Part shown: positions 12,482 through 24,907 of the stretch, piece after piece | Layout of the letters: the number at the start of each line of letters is the position of its first letter | Numbering within the stretch: position 1 is the stretch's first letter | From: Blepharisma stoltei ATCC 30299 | Taxonomy: Eukaryota > Protista > Ciliophora | DNA: 64,000 bases | Direction of reading: 5' to 3' | Assembly (NCBI GenBank): GCA_965603825.1 | Contig: CBFDEM010000056.1 | Location: forward strand, 682,001 to 746,000 | Position numbers and translations under genes: made by a program | The notes under the pieces: generated by a model | The model's input: the letters and a program-made list of their open reading frames with translations, nothing else | What the model was told of the DNA's origin: nothing | Database searches by the model: none

Positions 12482-13612
12482 ATGGCAAAACTTTCCGTAT
12501 TCTTATTGCTCTTTTCAATTGGATTCTGCTGTGATCAACCCGAATTCTCTTCTTTTTTTGATGCTGAAATTGTATGTCCCTCATACGCCTGTAAGCTGGC
12601 AACCCAAGAATTCTCGCAGGGCACCTGCATTTATTATGACAATACTGCGAATGGGACTTATTATGTTACAAACTGCACAAACACAGCTACTCCTTATTGT
12701 CCAGAATCAGTTGGCCAAAATAGCACCTGTGCAATAAAGCCAGACCCAGCATCTAACTCCAAATGGCCTGGGGAAAAATGTGTTAGTGATGATGATTGTG
12801 GCACTTATGCATCCCAAGGCTGTGTAGACGAGGTCTGCAAAGGCTCAGCTGAAGGAGGATCCTGCACAACTCATGACATGTGTGACCCTGGGCTTTATTG
12901 TGCGAACAGCACTTGCAATCTTCAGATCGGGATTGGAAATAAAGGATGCACTGCTGATGAAGAGTGCGTCAATAATGCTGGATGTGATATAGCTGAAAAT
13001 GCAGATGAAGGAACTTGTGTGAAGTATTTAAGTGTGGCTGAGTATCGAAGAGTGCAAACTTGTGACGTACAAAAACATGTTAATAGGTTTTGCGAATCGA
13101 ACTTGTGCACCACAGAGTGCGAATATTCTTATTGTCTGCCAAGCTTGGCAAGCGAAAATAAGACCCCAAATACTTGTAAAACGACAGGAGATTGTAGTTC
13201 TGAGCAGGATCAACAGTTCAGCCTTGTTCTTTTTTCAAGCTGTAATTGTGGGTACAATTCAAAAGGAAATGCATATTGCGGACTATTCCCAGGAGATAAA
13301 GAATATAGTGAGTATTTAGATAGCCTAAGCTCATATGTGGATAGTGATTCTATTTTGGATTGTAATACATTAAGAAGATTTAGCACAGTTTGTATGAAAG
13401 ATTGGTGGGGTGCCAAAAATACTGCGATTTATTCTTATTATCTTACGGTTGTTGGATCATATTCTGATATTCAAGAAAATGATGACTGCGTTGCTAATGT
13501 TTTTAATTCGAAATATGTTAGTATCTCACAGGAGTTTGACTATTATAGTAATAGCTTTGGAAGCGTTATGACTATTTTGGCTGGAGCTATTTATATAAGC
13601 ATGATAGTTTAA
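12482..13612 (+). CDS. Cysteine-rich secreted/GPI-type surface protein, copy 1
   Basis: Signal peptide, dense Cys repeats, CNCGYN..G.AYC.LFPGD motif, hydrophobic C-terminal tail. Confidence 0.85.
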   Translation: MAKLSVFLLLFSIGFCCDQPEFSSFFDAEIVCPSYACKLATQEFSQGTCIYYDNTANGTYYVTNCTNTATPYCPESVGQNSTCAIKPDPASNSKWPGEKCVSDDDCGTYASQGCVDEVCKGSAEGGSCTTHDMCDPGLYCANSTCNLQIGIGNKGCTADEECVNNAGCDIAENADEGTCVKYLSVAEYRRVQTCDVQKHVNRFCESNLCTTECEYSYCLPSLASENKTPNTCKTTGDCSSEQDQQFSLVLFSSCNCGYNSKGNAYCGLFPGDKEYSEYLDSLSSYVDSDSILDCNTLRRFSTVCMKDWWGAKNTAIYSYYLTVVGSYSDIQENDDCVANVFNSKYVSISQEFDYYSNSFGSVMTILAGAIYISMIV

Positions 13613-13719
13613 TTCAATTTTTTATGTTTATATATAATCTATCAGCGGTAACTTTAATGAAATTTATTTTTATTTTGAGATATATTTTCAATCATGCTTT
13701 TAAATCTGTTCTTAATAAA

Positions 13720-14835
13720 ATGGAATTCAAGCTGGCAGCTTTAATTTGTATTATTTCATTATCCGCTTGCAAATATGCTGACGAGATGCACTTAGAAGAA
13801 TCTTCTATTACATGTCCATCTTATACTTGCCAAGGATCAGACCAGAAGTTCGGTGATGGAACATGCATTTATTATTCATCTGCAGCCTCAACTTATTATG
13901 TATCAAGCTGTAGCTCTACTCAGACTCCTTACTGCCCTCCCTCAGTTGGACAAAATAGCACTTGCACATATACACCTTCTTCGACACCTACAACTAAGTG
14001 GCCAGGCGAAAGATGTTCAGACTCCTCTCCTTGCAGTTCCTATGCTATAACCGGCTGCGTCAGCGAAGTTTGCAGAGGATCAGGTTACAACAGCCAGTGC
14101 TATGCAAATGACAACTGTAATCCAGGATATTATTGTGCAAATAATCGATGCATTGCACAAATTGAAATTGGGAAGCCTGGGTGTATCAATGACTATCAAT
14201 GCGTTAATAATGCTGGCTGTGATGTCTCTTCTTCTGCTTTGAGTGGGATATGCGTTGAATATTTTAGCGTCGCTGACTACTCAGAGGTAAAAAATTGCAA
14301 CGGATACACCAATTTGCTATGCAAATCGTCACTTTGTGGGATTGATGGCGAGAAAAAGGCATGCATAAGCCAACTAGCAAGCCAAAAAGATACACCAATG
14401 GCATGCACAAGCAATAATAATTGCACATCTAAAATTGATAGCAATTACGGGTCAATCATGCTATTTTCTACATGCAGCTGCGGGTATAATAGCAAAGCTG
14501 AGGCTTATTGTGGATTATTCCCAGGAGATTCAGTGTACAGCAGATATTTAGAGTATGCTCGGCAATATGTGAAAAATATAGCAATCCAATACTGCAATAC
14601 AAATAGAAGATTTAATGTCGAATGTATGAAAGACTGGTGGGGAATAAAAGAAGCTTCAACCTTTAATTATTATTTGGCAGCAGTTAATTATTATGTTGCA
14701 GTTCAAAATAGCGAAGATTGCGTTTTGAATGTGTATAATTCACTATATCAAAGCATCAAAAAAGAATATGGTACTGAGTCTTTTAGCATATTGGGTGCGG
14801 TTTTTGGAGCTGCTTATGTAAGTATCTTAATTTAA
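13720..14835 (+). CDS. Cysteine-rich secreted/GPI-type surface protein, copy 2
   Basis: Paralog of 12482-13612 (CPSY.C, KWPGE.C, CVNNAGCD, CMKDWWG); likely start MEFKL at 13720. Confidence 0.85.
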   Translation: MEFKLAALICIISLSACKYADEMHLEESSITCPSYTCQGSDQKFGDGTCIYYSSAASTYYVSSCSSTQTPYCPPSVGQNSTCTYTPSSTPTTKWPGERCSDSSPCSSYAITGCVSEVCRGSGYNSQCYANDNCNPGYYCANNRCIAQIEIGKPGCINDYQCVNNAGCDVSSSALSGICVEYFSVADYSEVKNCNGYTNLLCKSSLCGIDGEKKACISQLASQKDTPMACTSNNNCTSKIDSNYGSIMLFSTCSCGYNSKAEAYCGLFPGDSVYSRYLEYARQYVKNIAIQYCNTNRRFNVECMKDWWGIKEASTFNYYLAAVNYYVAVQNSEDCVLNVYNSLYQSIKKEYGTESFSILGAVFGAAYVSILI

Positions 14836-15064
14836 TTTCGAAGTTCCATTTGTTGACTTTATTTTTAAATAAAATTCGATCATAAAAACTAATAAGAAAA
14901 TTATTAAAACAATTTTTCCTTTGTTAAGGACTTTATTGCTAAGCAAATATTCTTTTTATGAAGAATTCGTAATTATTTTGAATTATTTTGCCTGTAAATC
15001 AAAAAAATTACGTCATCATATATATAAAAGATATCAGTTGGTGAAGGTGGTGAATAAATAAAAA

Positions 15065-16369
15065 ATGGTATCCAGAAGATTTAAAATCATTTTTCTTTTC
15101 TTAGCTTCTTCAATTGTCCTTGCTAAGGGTGAAAAATTGCTTGGAGACACTGATGGGACTTGAAATTATCTTGGGTATAACGGCTATGCTGGAAATGTCA
15201 TTATGAATTCTTTAACAGGCTCATCTTATTTCTATTGGCTTTTTAATGCAATCAATGGAAATATTTTCAGTGATAGCTTGCCATTAGTCATATGGATTTG
15301 GGGAGGACCAGGCTGTTCTGGGGATATGGCAATGATGTATGACAATATTGGCCCCTTTATATTGAACAGCAACGGACAGCCAGTTGCAAATCCTTTAACC
15401 TGAACCAATAACTACCACGTAATGACAATTGATCACCCGCTAGGCACTGGGTTTTCATTAGCAAACGCAAAGTCTGATTTTGCTAATTCCACGACTTCTG
15501 CGTCTAATGCCTTATATAACTTTTTGGTAAAGTTGGCTCAAAAATACCCAACTTGGTTCAATAGAGACCTTTACTTTTTTGGAGAAAGTTATGCTGGGCA
15601 TTGGATTCCTGGGATTGCTTATAAAATAATAAGTGAAAATAACAGCCCAAGTCCGTTGTTCCATTTTAATCTTAAAGGCATTGGAATTGGAGATCCGTGA
15701 ATAGATCCGGCAACGCAAGGCAATTATTCAGGCTATGCTTATTCAAACTCCTATATAGATAAAGAAGAACTTCAGATAATACAATCATATGAGCAAAGCA
15801 TGAGTAAAGCCTTAAATGAGTCTCAATTGCTTAAAGCTCATCAAGATTGGAGCTACATTTTAGATCTGACTCAAAAATATTCAGGAGGGTTCAACATTTA
15901 TAACGTAAGAGAATTTACCCAGCTAAATTCCACCCTCTATGCTAACTGGTTGAATTTAAACACAACCAAAATAATGCTTCATGCTCCATTAAACGTTACT
16001 TGGGTAGATTGCAGTGATCCAGTTTACAATAATTTGGTGACGGATATGATGATAACGGTAGGAAACTTACTCCCTTACATTATTGACAACATTAAGGTGC
16101 TTATATGGAATGGCCAAGACGATTTCATGGTGAATACACTGTCAACTGAAAACATGCTCAATAGTTTGAAATGGACAGGAATTTCAAATTTAATCAATTC
16201 GAATAAGATTGCATGGAAAGTCAATGGAAGCATTGCCGGGTATGTAATAAATTACCAGACGCTAACTTATGCGCTTCTCTTGAAGGCAGGACATATGGGA
16301 TCGCATGACCAGCCAGCTAATGCACGGGATATGATCAATAGATTTATTAACAATCAAGGATGGAAATAA
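15065..16369 (+). CDS. Serine carboxypeptidase S10, copy 1
   Basis: Signal peptide, GGPGCS, GESYAG, GQDD, AGHM; TGA=Trp at 15161, 15401 and 15698; 1305 nt. Confidence 0.93.
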
Positions 16370-16637
16370 ATCCTTTAAATTATTTAAGATAACTTAAGGG
16401 ATAAATTTTAGTGTTTTAATAAATTAATTGAAAATCGGCAATAAGATTATTCATTTATAAGCACCAGCTACCTGTAAGCTGTAACTATATAAAATTTTAT
16501 TTATTTAGGAGCGACAAAGTTGACTTTCAGAGATCCTATAGTTGTTTGAGGTTATTTCAAAAGGATCTAAGGTGAAATTTATCTTCCATTGTTTTGGGGA
16601 AAATAATAATAATTTCACCATAAGAAATAAGAAGTAC

Positions 16638-17942
16638 ATGAGGATAAAATTATTGAATTTGGCGCTTTTTCTTTTAGCTCTGCAAGCTTCAGCGCAAAGT
16701 GAAGGTCTTCTTGGAGATACAGATGGCGAATGGAATTTTCTTGGTTTCACAGGATATGCTGGAGAAGTTGTAATAAATCCTTTAACTGGCTCGTCTTATT
16801 TCTACTGGCTTTTTCAAGCTATCCAAGGTAATATTTTAACTGATAAGTATCCTTTAGTTATTTGACTCGCAGGCGGCCCTGGCTGTGCAAGTGGTCCAGC
16901 AGTTATATTTGATTATATTACTCCTTTTATCATAGATGATAATGGAGAACCGATTTTGAATCCAAATAACTGGGTAAATCAAGTCCACTTTATGGCAATT
17001 GATCATCCTATAGGAACTGGATTTTCATTCTCAAACTCTCCAAATGATTATAAAAATAACACATCTGGAGACACAAACCAATTATACACACTTTTGGTTA
17101 GATTAGCTCAAAAGTATCCAACCTGGTTCAATAGGGATCTTTATATTTTTGGCGTAAGCTATGGAGGAAAGTGGGCTCCTGCAATCGCTTATAAGATTTT
17201 AAGTGAAAATCAAGGCGCAAGCCCTCCTTATCGATTTAACCTGAAAGGAATAGGAGTTGGAGATCCTTGGACCAACCCTGCAGTCCAAACTTCATTTTAT
17301 GGTTATGTTGCATATTCAAGTGGATTGATAAATCAAGAAGAACTTAGCATAATTCAAGCTTATGAGGAAGAAATTCAAAATCAGATAAGTTCAGGAGATC
17401 TTTATGAAGCTCAAAATAATGTTGGTATGGTTATGGAGCTCATCTATGAATATACAGGAGGCATTAACACTTATGATATAAGAAAGTTTACAGACTATAA
17501 CTCTACAGCTATAGAATACTGGCTCAATTTAAATTCCACAAAAGCTCTCCTGCATGCACCATTGAATATGGAGCACCTTGGCTGCAATCCAAACGTCTAT
17601 GACATGACCACTGATTTTATGGAATCTTCAGCTATGCTATTTCCTTATATCCTTGACAATATTAATGTCTTGATGTGGATAGGACAAGATGACTTACTCC
17701 TTAATACTCCTTGTGTAGAAAATCTTGTAGCTAATATTAACTGGCCAGGTATCCAAGGTCTGCTTAATACCAATAAAATGATTTGGAAAGTAAACGGAAC
17801 AGTAGCTGGGTATGTCAAAAATTATTCAACATTTACGTTCGTGCATCTCTTAAAATCAGGACATATTGGATGCCATGATCAGCCTGCAAATTCAAGGGAT
17901 ATGTTTTTTAGGTTTATTTATAATGAAGGCTGGCAGCAATAA
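16638..17942 (+). CDS. Serine carboxypeptidase S10, copy 2 (GVSYGG variant)
   Basis: Signal peptide MRIKLL; TGA=Trp at 16863; GGPGC, GVSYGG, GQDD, SGHI; 1305 nt. Confidence 0.93.
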
Positions 17943-18026
17943 TTCTATATTAGCTTTATGCAGCTTTAATAAGTTAATAAATCTTCATAGAGATTAATAT
18001 CATCTTATAATAAAATAGACTTGATA

Positions 18027-19331
18027 ATGGGTAAGTTAAAATATCTTATTGTACCTTTATTTACAATTTTGGAAGTTTTATCACAAAGTGAGGATCTTTT
18101 AAGTGATACAGACGCTGAATGGAGTTTACTTGGCTACAGTGGTTATGCAGGCGAAGTTGTAATAAACCCATTGACTGGTTCATCCTATTTCTACTGACTT
18201 TTTCAAGCAAATCAAGGGAATATTTTTACAGACAAGCGTCCTTTAATTATATGACTATCAGGAGGTCCAGGGTGCTCAGGCGATACCTATTTAATATTTG
18301 ACAACGCTACACCCTTTATCATAAACAGCAATGGCAAGCCAGTTTCAAATCCATATGCATGGACAAGTGAATATCATTTAATGACAATTGATTATCCTTT
18401 AGGAGTTGGATTCTCATTCGCAAACTCTCCTTATGATTATAAAAATAATACAACTGGCGATTCAAATCAGCTCTATAACTTCCTCATCAGATTAACTCAA
18501 AAATATCCAGCTTGGCTTAACCGAGATATTTATTTCTTTGGCGAGAGCTATGGAGGCCATTGAGTCCCAGGGATTGCTTATAAGATTTTAAGCGAAAACC
18601 AAAGTCCAAACCCTCAATTTAAATTCAACCTTAAAGGTATAGGAATGGGAGATCCTTGAATAGATCCTTCAACACAAACTTCATCGTATGGCCATTATGC
18701 ATATTCAAGTGGACTGATAAATCAAGAAGAGCTTCAAATTATTGAAACTTATGAGCAAGAGCTGCAAACTGAGCTCAGCTTAGGAAATCTTCCTGAAGCT
18801 TATATGAATTGGGGTAATATTTTAGGCTTGACAGCTGAATATTCTGGAGGAATAAATATATATGATATCAGGCAATACACAAATTATAATTATACAATAA
18901 TTGAAGAGTGGCTGAATTCAAATGAAACAAAAACAATGCTCCATGCTCCCTTAAATATTGTGCATGAAGACTGCAGCCAAGCAGTGTATAATATGACTCA
19001 AGATTTTTTATCCTCAACAGGAATTTTACTTCCTTTTATCCTTGACAGCATCAATGTCTTAATATGGATCGGCCAAGACGATTTTATCGTCAACACTCCA
19101 GCTATAGAAAATACTATAGCCAATATAAATTGGCCTAACATCCAAAACCTAATCAATACAAATAAAATTATTTGGAGGGTAAACGGCCAAATTGCAGGGT
19201 ATGTTAAAAAGTTTTCGACCTTTACTTTTGCATCACTTATGAAATCAGGACATATGGGATCGCACGATCAGCCAGTTAATGCCAGAGATATGCTATTTAG
19301 GTTTATCAATAATGAGGGTTGGCAGCAGTAA
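18027..19331 (+). CDS. Serine carboxypeptidase S10, copy 3
   Basis: ATG 18027 (MGKLKY); TGA=Trp at 18195, 18252, 18561 and 18657; GESYGG, GQDD, SGHM; 1305 nt. Confidence 0.93.
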
Positions 19332-19392
19332 TAGTAATAATTTTAATCTTATTCTCTCCTTAATGTCTAGATTTGGGGAAGAAATGATAAAT

Positions 19393-20691
19393 ATGAGACC
19401 TCTTTTCCTTTTGCTTCTTTTAGGAATTGCTTTTTCTTTAGGAAGCGATACACCGTTACTTGGAGATACAGATGGACCTTGGTCTTATTTTGGGTATACT
19501 GGGTACTCAGGAGAAGTAGTAATAAACTCACTAACAGGGTCATCTTATTTCTATTGGCTGTTTCAAGCAATCAAAGGAAATATTTTGACTGACAAGCTTC
19601 CACTTATACTGTGGTTTGAAGGTGGACCTGGCTGCACTGGAGAAATAGGAATATTTTATGATAACATTGGCCCTTTCCTTATCAACAACCAGACTCAGCC
19701 TGTAAATAACCCTCTTACCTGGATAAATAATTTTCACGTCATGACTATTGATTATCCACTAGGAACCGGCTTTTCATACGCTAACTCTCCATCTGATATG
19801 ACAAACACCACCACTTCTGCGTCAGCCCAACTTTACAATTTACTTGTAAAGCTCGCCAAAAAATATCCTACTTGGTTCAATAGAGATATTTATATTTTTG
19901 GAGAAAGCTATGCTGGACATTGAATTCCTGGTATTGCTTATAAAATTTTGAGCGAAAATAAAAGTCCAAATCCTCCTTATAAATTCAACTTAAAAGGTAT
20001 TGGGATGGGAGATCCGTGGGTTGACCCTCAAACCCAAACGCAGACATATTCATATTATGGATATCAGACAGGGTTGATTAATCAAGAAGAAAAATCGATC
20101 ATTGCTCAATATGAAAGCACTGTTCTTGCAATGATGAAAGCTGGCAATCTAACTCAAGCTATGAACGAGACTGATACGTCTGTTGATTTGGTTGCGCAAT
20201 ATGCAGGCGGGGTTTCTATTTATAATGTTAGAATTTTTGAATCCTACCCTACTCTAGGACAATTCCCAGCTTGGTTAAATTCGAATTCAACTAAAACTCT
20301 ACTTAGAGTTCCACAGAATTTGGTATGGGAAGATTGCAACCCTGAAATAAACACAGCAATGGCAGTAGACGTTATGACGTCGTTTATTAATTTAATGCCT
20401 TATATAATAGACAATATAAAGGTTGTTATATATAGCGGGCAAGATGATTTAATTTGCAACACAATAGGACAGGAATTGATGATTTCGAAAATAAATTGGC
20501 CTTATATTAAAGAATTTATGGGGTCGATAAAAAGAGTATGGAAAGTTAATGGAGAAGTTGCTGGCTATGCTCAAAGTTATAAGAACCTAGCTGCCATATC
20601 AGTTATGAAATCTGGACATATGGTAGGGCACGACCAACCATTACATCTGAGAGATTTAGTAATAAGGTTTGTCAATAATCAAGGATGGTAA
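19393..20691 (+). CDS. Serine carboxypeptidase S10, copy 4
   Basis: Signal peptide MRPLFLLLL (alternative ATGs at 19363 and 19384); GESYAGH[TGA 19921]; GQDD; SGHMVGHDQP. Confidence 0.93.
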
Positions 20692-21393
20692 TAAGGTTTT
20701 AAAAATCTTTATCATTGAATTTATTCTAAATTAAGTTAACTATCATAATAAGAATCAAGCTTAAGCTTCTATTTCCATTTTTTGAAAATTATAAATTCTT
20801 AGTAAAAAAATGTTGCCCCTCTTGTTATTGTGCTGTGTTCTTAAGCAAAAACGCATTTTCTCAATTTTTTCATAGAATAATTTTCAAATTTTCGATTTTC
20901 TCAATAATTTTTTCTATATTAAAATATAATTTTCTAAATTTTTTATGTTTTCTTTATCAAATAATTTCAATTTTTCAATATTCTCAAAGACTCGTGTTTA
21001 AAGTTCAGAGTTTTTGTTTTTATGTTTATATTTTCAACTTTCACTGTTTAATAATTTCAATGCCTATATTTATAGGAATTTAATTTAAAGAAACATGTGA
21101 ACATTCTACTTTAATGGGAGTTATTAAAACCATATTTTCGTATATATTTTGTTCCCCATTTTTTAAATATAATGTCGAGAAAATTATTTGAAGGCTTTCT
21201 TATAAAAAATTGAACACTTTTGATCTTTTTTTGGCAGTAATTCTTGAATTGAAAGCGATATCCAAAGGTAAAGTAAAAGTTTTTTAAAATATATACCATA
21301 CAGCCAATTTGCTTGTTCTTCAGATAAGTCTAAATCCTTATGTTTAGCCTTATAAACTTTTTACCATTATTTTGCAATATAAATCAACATCTA

Positions 21394-22293
21394 ATGGGTT
21401 GCTTTAGATGCTTCAGCCTTTTCAGATGGGAAAAACTATGCCTTATCAACTTTATTTTCTTTCCGATTTTTATTATAGGAATTTGTGTGTGATCTGGGAT
21501 TTTCTTCGGTATTTATTTGCCATTGCTTAAAAGAGACTACAAAGAAGGCATATGCACAATAAACGAAGCTGACTTATTTTCTTTCAATGATACCATTTAT
21601 TATTATAGCTATAGCGTATCTGTAAATATAAGCAACATTCTATATCCAGCTTATGGATGCAGTACTACTTATGCAGAGTACTCCATTTCCAATGGATGAG
21701 CTGCTGGATCATATCCTTACCAATATGCTGATTGCAGTGCAGACCTTGTTGTAGCTCATAATAAACCTTGCTTTCATGATCAGCTATTTCAACCTCTCTG
21801 GACTTGTCGTGATGCAAGTGCTGTATACTTTAAACTTGCAACTGTTCCTTGTAAATGATGACTTGCGAATGATGCTGGATCCGAAACTGAGCCATCTAAA
21901 ATAAAAAATCTCAAATACCCTTCCTATGGAAAAGCTTGAATAGAAGTGATTTTCACGGATAAAGTCTACATACCCAAAATTGATTATATGGTTCTTTGAA
22001 TTGCTCCTTTCTGAATGCTAACTTGTGGATCTTTTGTAACTCTTGCATGGTATAATTGTGGAATTTATTTTGTGGGATATAGACATGAATTTATAAGAGA
22101 TATTGTTTATTATTATATGAAATATATAAGACGAAACAAACATATTAGAAAAATTTATAGGCCTCCACATATTGGGGTTGTTGAGAATGATAGAGAAGTT
22201 TCAACAAATATTTTTTTAATGTCAATTCTTCATAGCAAAAAAATGTCAAAATTTCCTAAAGTATTGATAAGAAAAACGGTTAAATATTTTTAA
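21394..22293 (+). CDS. Uncharacterised two-TM Cys-loop membrane protein, copy 1
   Basis: 900-nt frame with 7 TGA=Trp (21490, 21697, 21856, 21859, 21937, 21997, 22012); MGCFRC, TM1, KRDYKE..C, CKWWLA, TM2, FPKVLIRKTVKYF-TAA. Confidence 0.88.
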
Positions 22294-22717
22294 ATAAAGC
22301 ATCAAAAGAAATGAATTTTAGCAGTTAACTTATTGATATTAATTAATAAAATTAAATAATTATTTAATTAATTTATTTGCCAGGGTTAATTTAATTTTTT
22401 ATGTTCATAGCACTTCATTTTATTCATATAAAGTAACGAAATTAAAAAATGTAAAATAAGTTAACTAGGTTCTTATTAAGATTTTTTAAAACCAGCTGGC
22501 CACTCTCAATTTTGACAAGAGAGTGCTAATATGTTAATATTGTCAATTATTATTCAGAATAAATTGAAAAATTCAACTTATAGCATTAAAAAAAATTACA
22601 GATAATGAGAAATTACCAAAAATTTAATTATAAATTATTTTAACAATTTATAAGCAAAAAAATTCAATTTTCCTTTATTTCAAAGATATCAGGCACCATT
22701 TATGAAACTGTCATATA

Positions 22718-23614
22718 ATGTGTAAATCAAATTTTTACAATTGAAACAAGAATGTATGCTTTTGGATAAATGCAATTTTATTTTCATGCTATGTGTTAGG
22801 TATATGTGTTTGAGCAGGAATATTTTTTATAATTTACTATCCTTTGATTAAAAGAGACTATAAAGAAGCTCCATGCACAATAACTGGCAAAACAACTTTT
22901 ACTCTTTCAGCCACCTCATCATGAACGTACCACAGTTATAGCCTAGACGTTTATATAAACAATACAAAGTACAAAGCTTATGGTTGTATATCTAATTCTG
23001 CTGAAACATCAATATCAACCACAGTGATAAGTTTTTATTACCCTTATAATTACATCCCATGCAAATCTGATGGATATGTTGCTCCTTTAGAAAACTGTCT
23101 TGATGATCAAATATTCTTACCCTTTTGGACATGTAAAAATGCATCAGACGCATATTTGGCTATAGGATCTTCTTTCACCTGCAAGTGGTGATTAGCCGAT
23201 AAAGATGGAGAAACTGACCCAGCAAAGTCAGAAAGCATTACTTATCCTGGCTATGATAATTCTTGAGTTGAAGTTCTTTTCAAAGATGATATCTTTATTC
23301 CGACTGATGATTATAATACTTTGTGGGGAATTCCTTTTGCTCTTTTAATATGCGCGCCTTTGATTATAATAATTTGGATTAATTGTGGAATTTTTTGCTG
23401 CGGATATTCAGAGGAATTTAAGCTGGTTTTTAATTATTGATATACAAAGTATATAAAATGCAAAATAGCAAAAAAGCCTATTAAGCATTGTGATGAGCAA
23501 GTTAACATTGATAAAACTATTTCAACAATTGCATTTCTCATGGCACTCACAAAAGGCAAGCATGCCCCAAAATTCCCGAAATCCCTAATCAAAAAAACAG
23601 TTAACTACCTCTAA
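22718..23614 (+). CDS. Uncharacterised two-TM Cys-loop membrane protein, copy 2 (absent from the ORF track)
   Basis: 897-nt frame translated by hand with TGA=Trp: MCKSNFYNW...KRDYKEAPC...CKWWLADKDGETDPAKS...FPKSLIKKTVNYL-TAA. Confidence 0.88.
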
Positions 23615-23755
23615 TCTTTTTAAAATATATCATTTGTTATATTCATAATTGTATGTCAGATACTTTAAGAATTTTAGCATAATAAATAGTTTAATTTTAA
23701 GTTCCATTTACAATTCTTGTAACCAATAAATGCTATCATTTGTAATAATTAATAA

Positions 23756-24655
23756 ATGTGTAATCCTGTATGCTTCAAGTGTAGCAAAAGATCTTGCTTT
23801 TTGTTCAATGCAATTGTTTTTTCTTTTTATGTGGTAGGCATATCTGTTTGAGCAGGAATTTTTTTTGGAGTTTACTATCCTTTGGTTAAGAGAGACTATA
23901 AAGAAGCTCCGTGCATAGTTTCTGATTTTTTATCTTTTACTATTGCTGATATCACTACGCGCAATTATCACAGCTATTCCTTATATATCTATATAAATAA
24001 CTCATCATATAGAGCTTATGGATGCATTTCAGACTCTGCAGAAATGATAATATCATCACCGTATATGGGAATTTACTATCCTTATATGTATACTCCCTGT
24101 GATGATAGCTATTATGTTAGTCCTTCAGACAGCTGCCTTGACGATCAGCTATTTTTACCTTTATGAACATGCAAAAATGCATCATATGCATATTTGCCTG
24201 CAGGATCTTCTTTTACCTGCAAATGGTGATTAGCTGACAAAGATGGAGAAACTGACCCGGCGAAATCAGAAAATATTACTTATCCTGGTTATGGAAATTC
24301 TTGAATTGAGGTCCTGTTCAAGGATGATGTTTATATTCCTACTGATGATTACAATGCTTTGTGGGTAATTCCTTTTGGCTTTTTAACAATAATTCCTCTA
24401 ATTATTGTTGTTTGATTCAACTGTGGAATTTATTGCTGTGGGTATTCAGCAGAATTTAAGCAGCTTTTTGCCTACTGATATACAAAATATATAAAATGCA
24501 AAAGAGCAAAGAAACCGTATGGATACTATGAATCTAATAAAGCTGAAATGGACAAAAAACTTTCAACAATTGCATTTCTTATGGCTCTCACCAAGGGTAA
24601 ATATGCTTCAAAATTCCCAAAATCATTGATTAAAAATACAGCAGGCTACTTTTAA
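23756..24655 (+). CDS. Uncharacterised two-TM Cys-loop membrane protein, copy 3
   Basis: 900 nt, MCNPVCFKC...FPKSLIKNTAGYF-TAA; collinear with copies 2 and 4. Confidence 0.88.
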
Positions 24656-24907
24656 TCTTCTTAAATCATAAATCGATAAATATTGTATCTATTACTACAA
24701 TTCTACTAGTGTATCGCCTTGTATAGCACTTGCCTTCATACTATATATAGGGAATCCCCTATATAAAATACAATTGGGAATGATAGTTCAAAAAATATAT
24801 AGAATTTTGACTTTTTAATTAAGTAGAAACTAAAGAAAATTATGACCTTTATTATAACATTAAGAATATGAGAAAATTATTATTAGTATTATTTTTAATA
24901 TTAATAA

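Noticed and set aside
13624-13719. Longer N-termini in the ORF track (also 16542, 19279, 54868, 61052)
   Set aside because: AT-rich leaders or non-ATG starts; downstream ATGs give proper signal peptides or match paralog and ortholog starts.
20700-21390. AT-rich gap with ORFs 20835-21083 and 21111-21299; possible retained IES or mobile element
   Set aside because: Low-complexity F/I/K translations; no terminal repeats or transposase seen; IES status needs a MAC/MIC read comparison.
24744-24765. 9-bp inverted repeat TATATAGGG-aatc-CCCTATATA (and a 7-bp one at 22501-22525) upstream of two-TM genes
   Set aside because: The two are unrelated in sequence and not seen before the other copies; compatible with chance.
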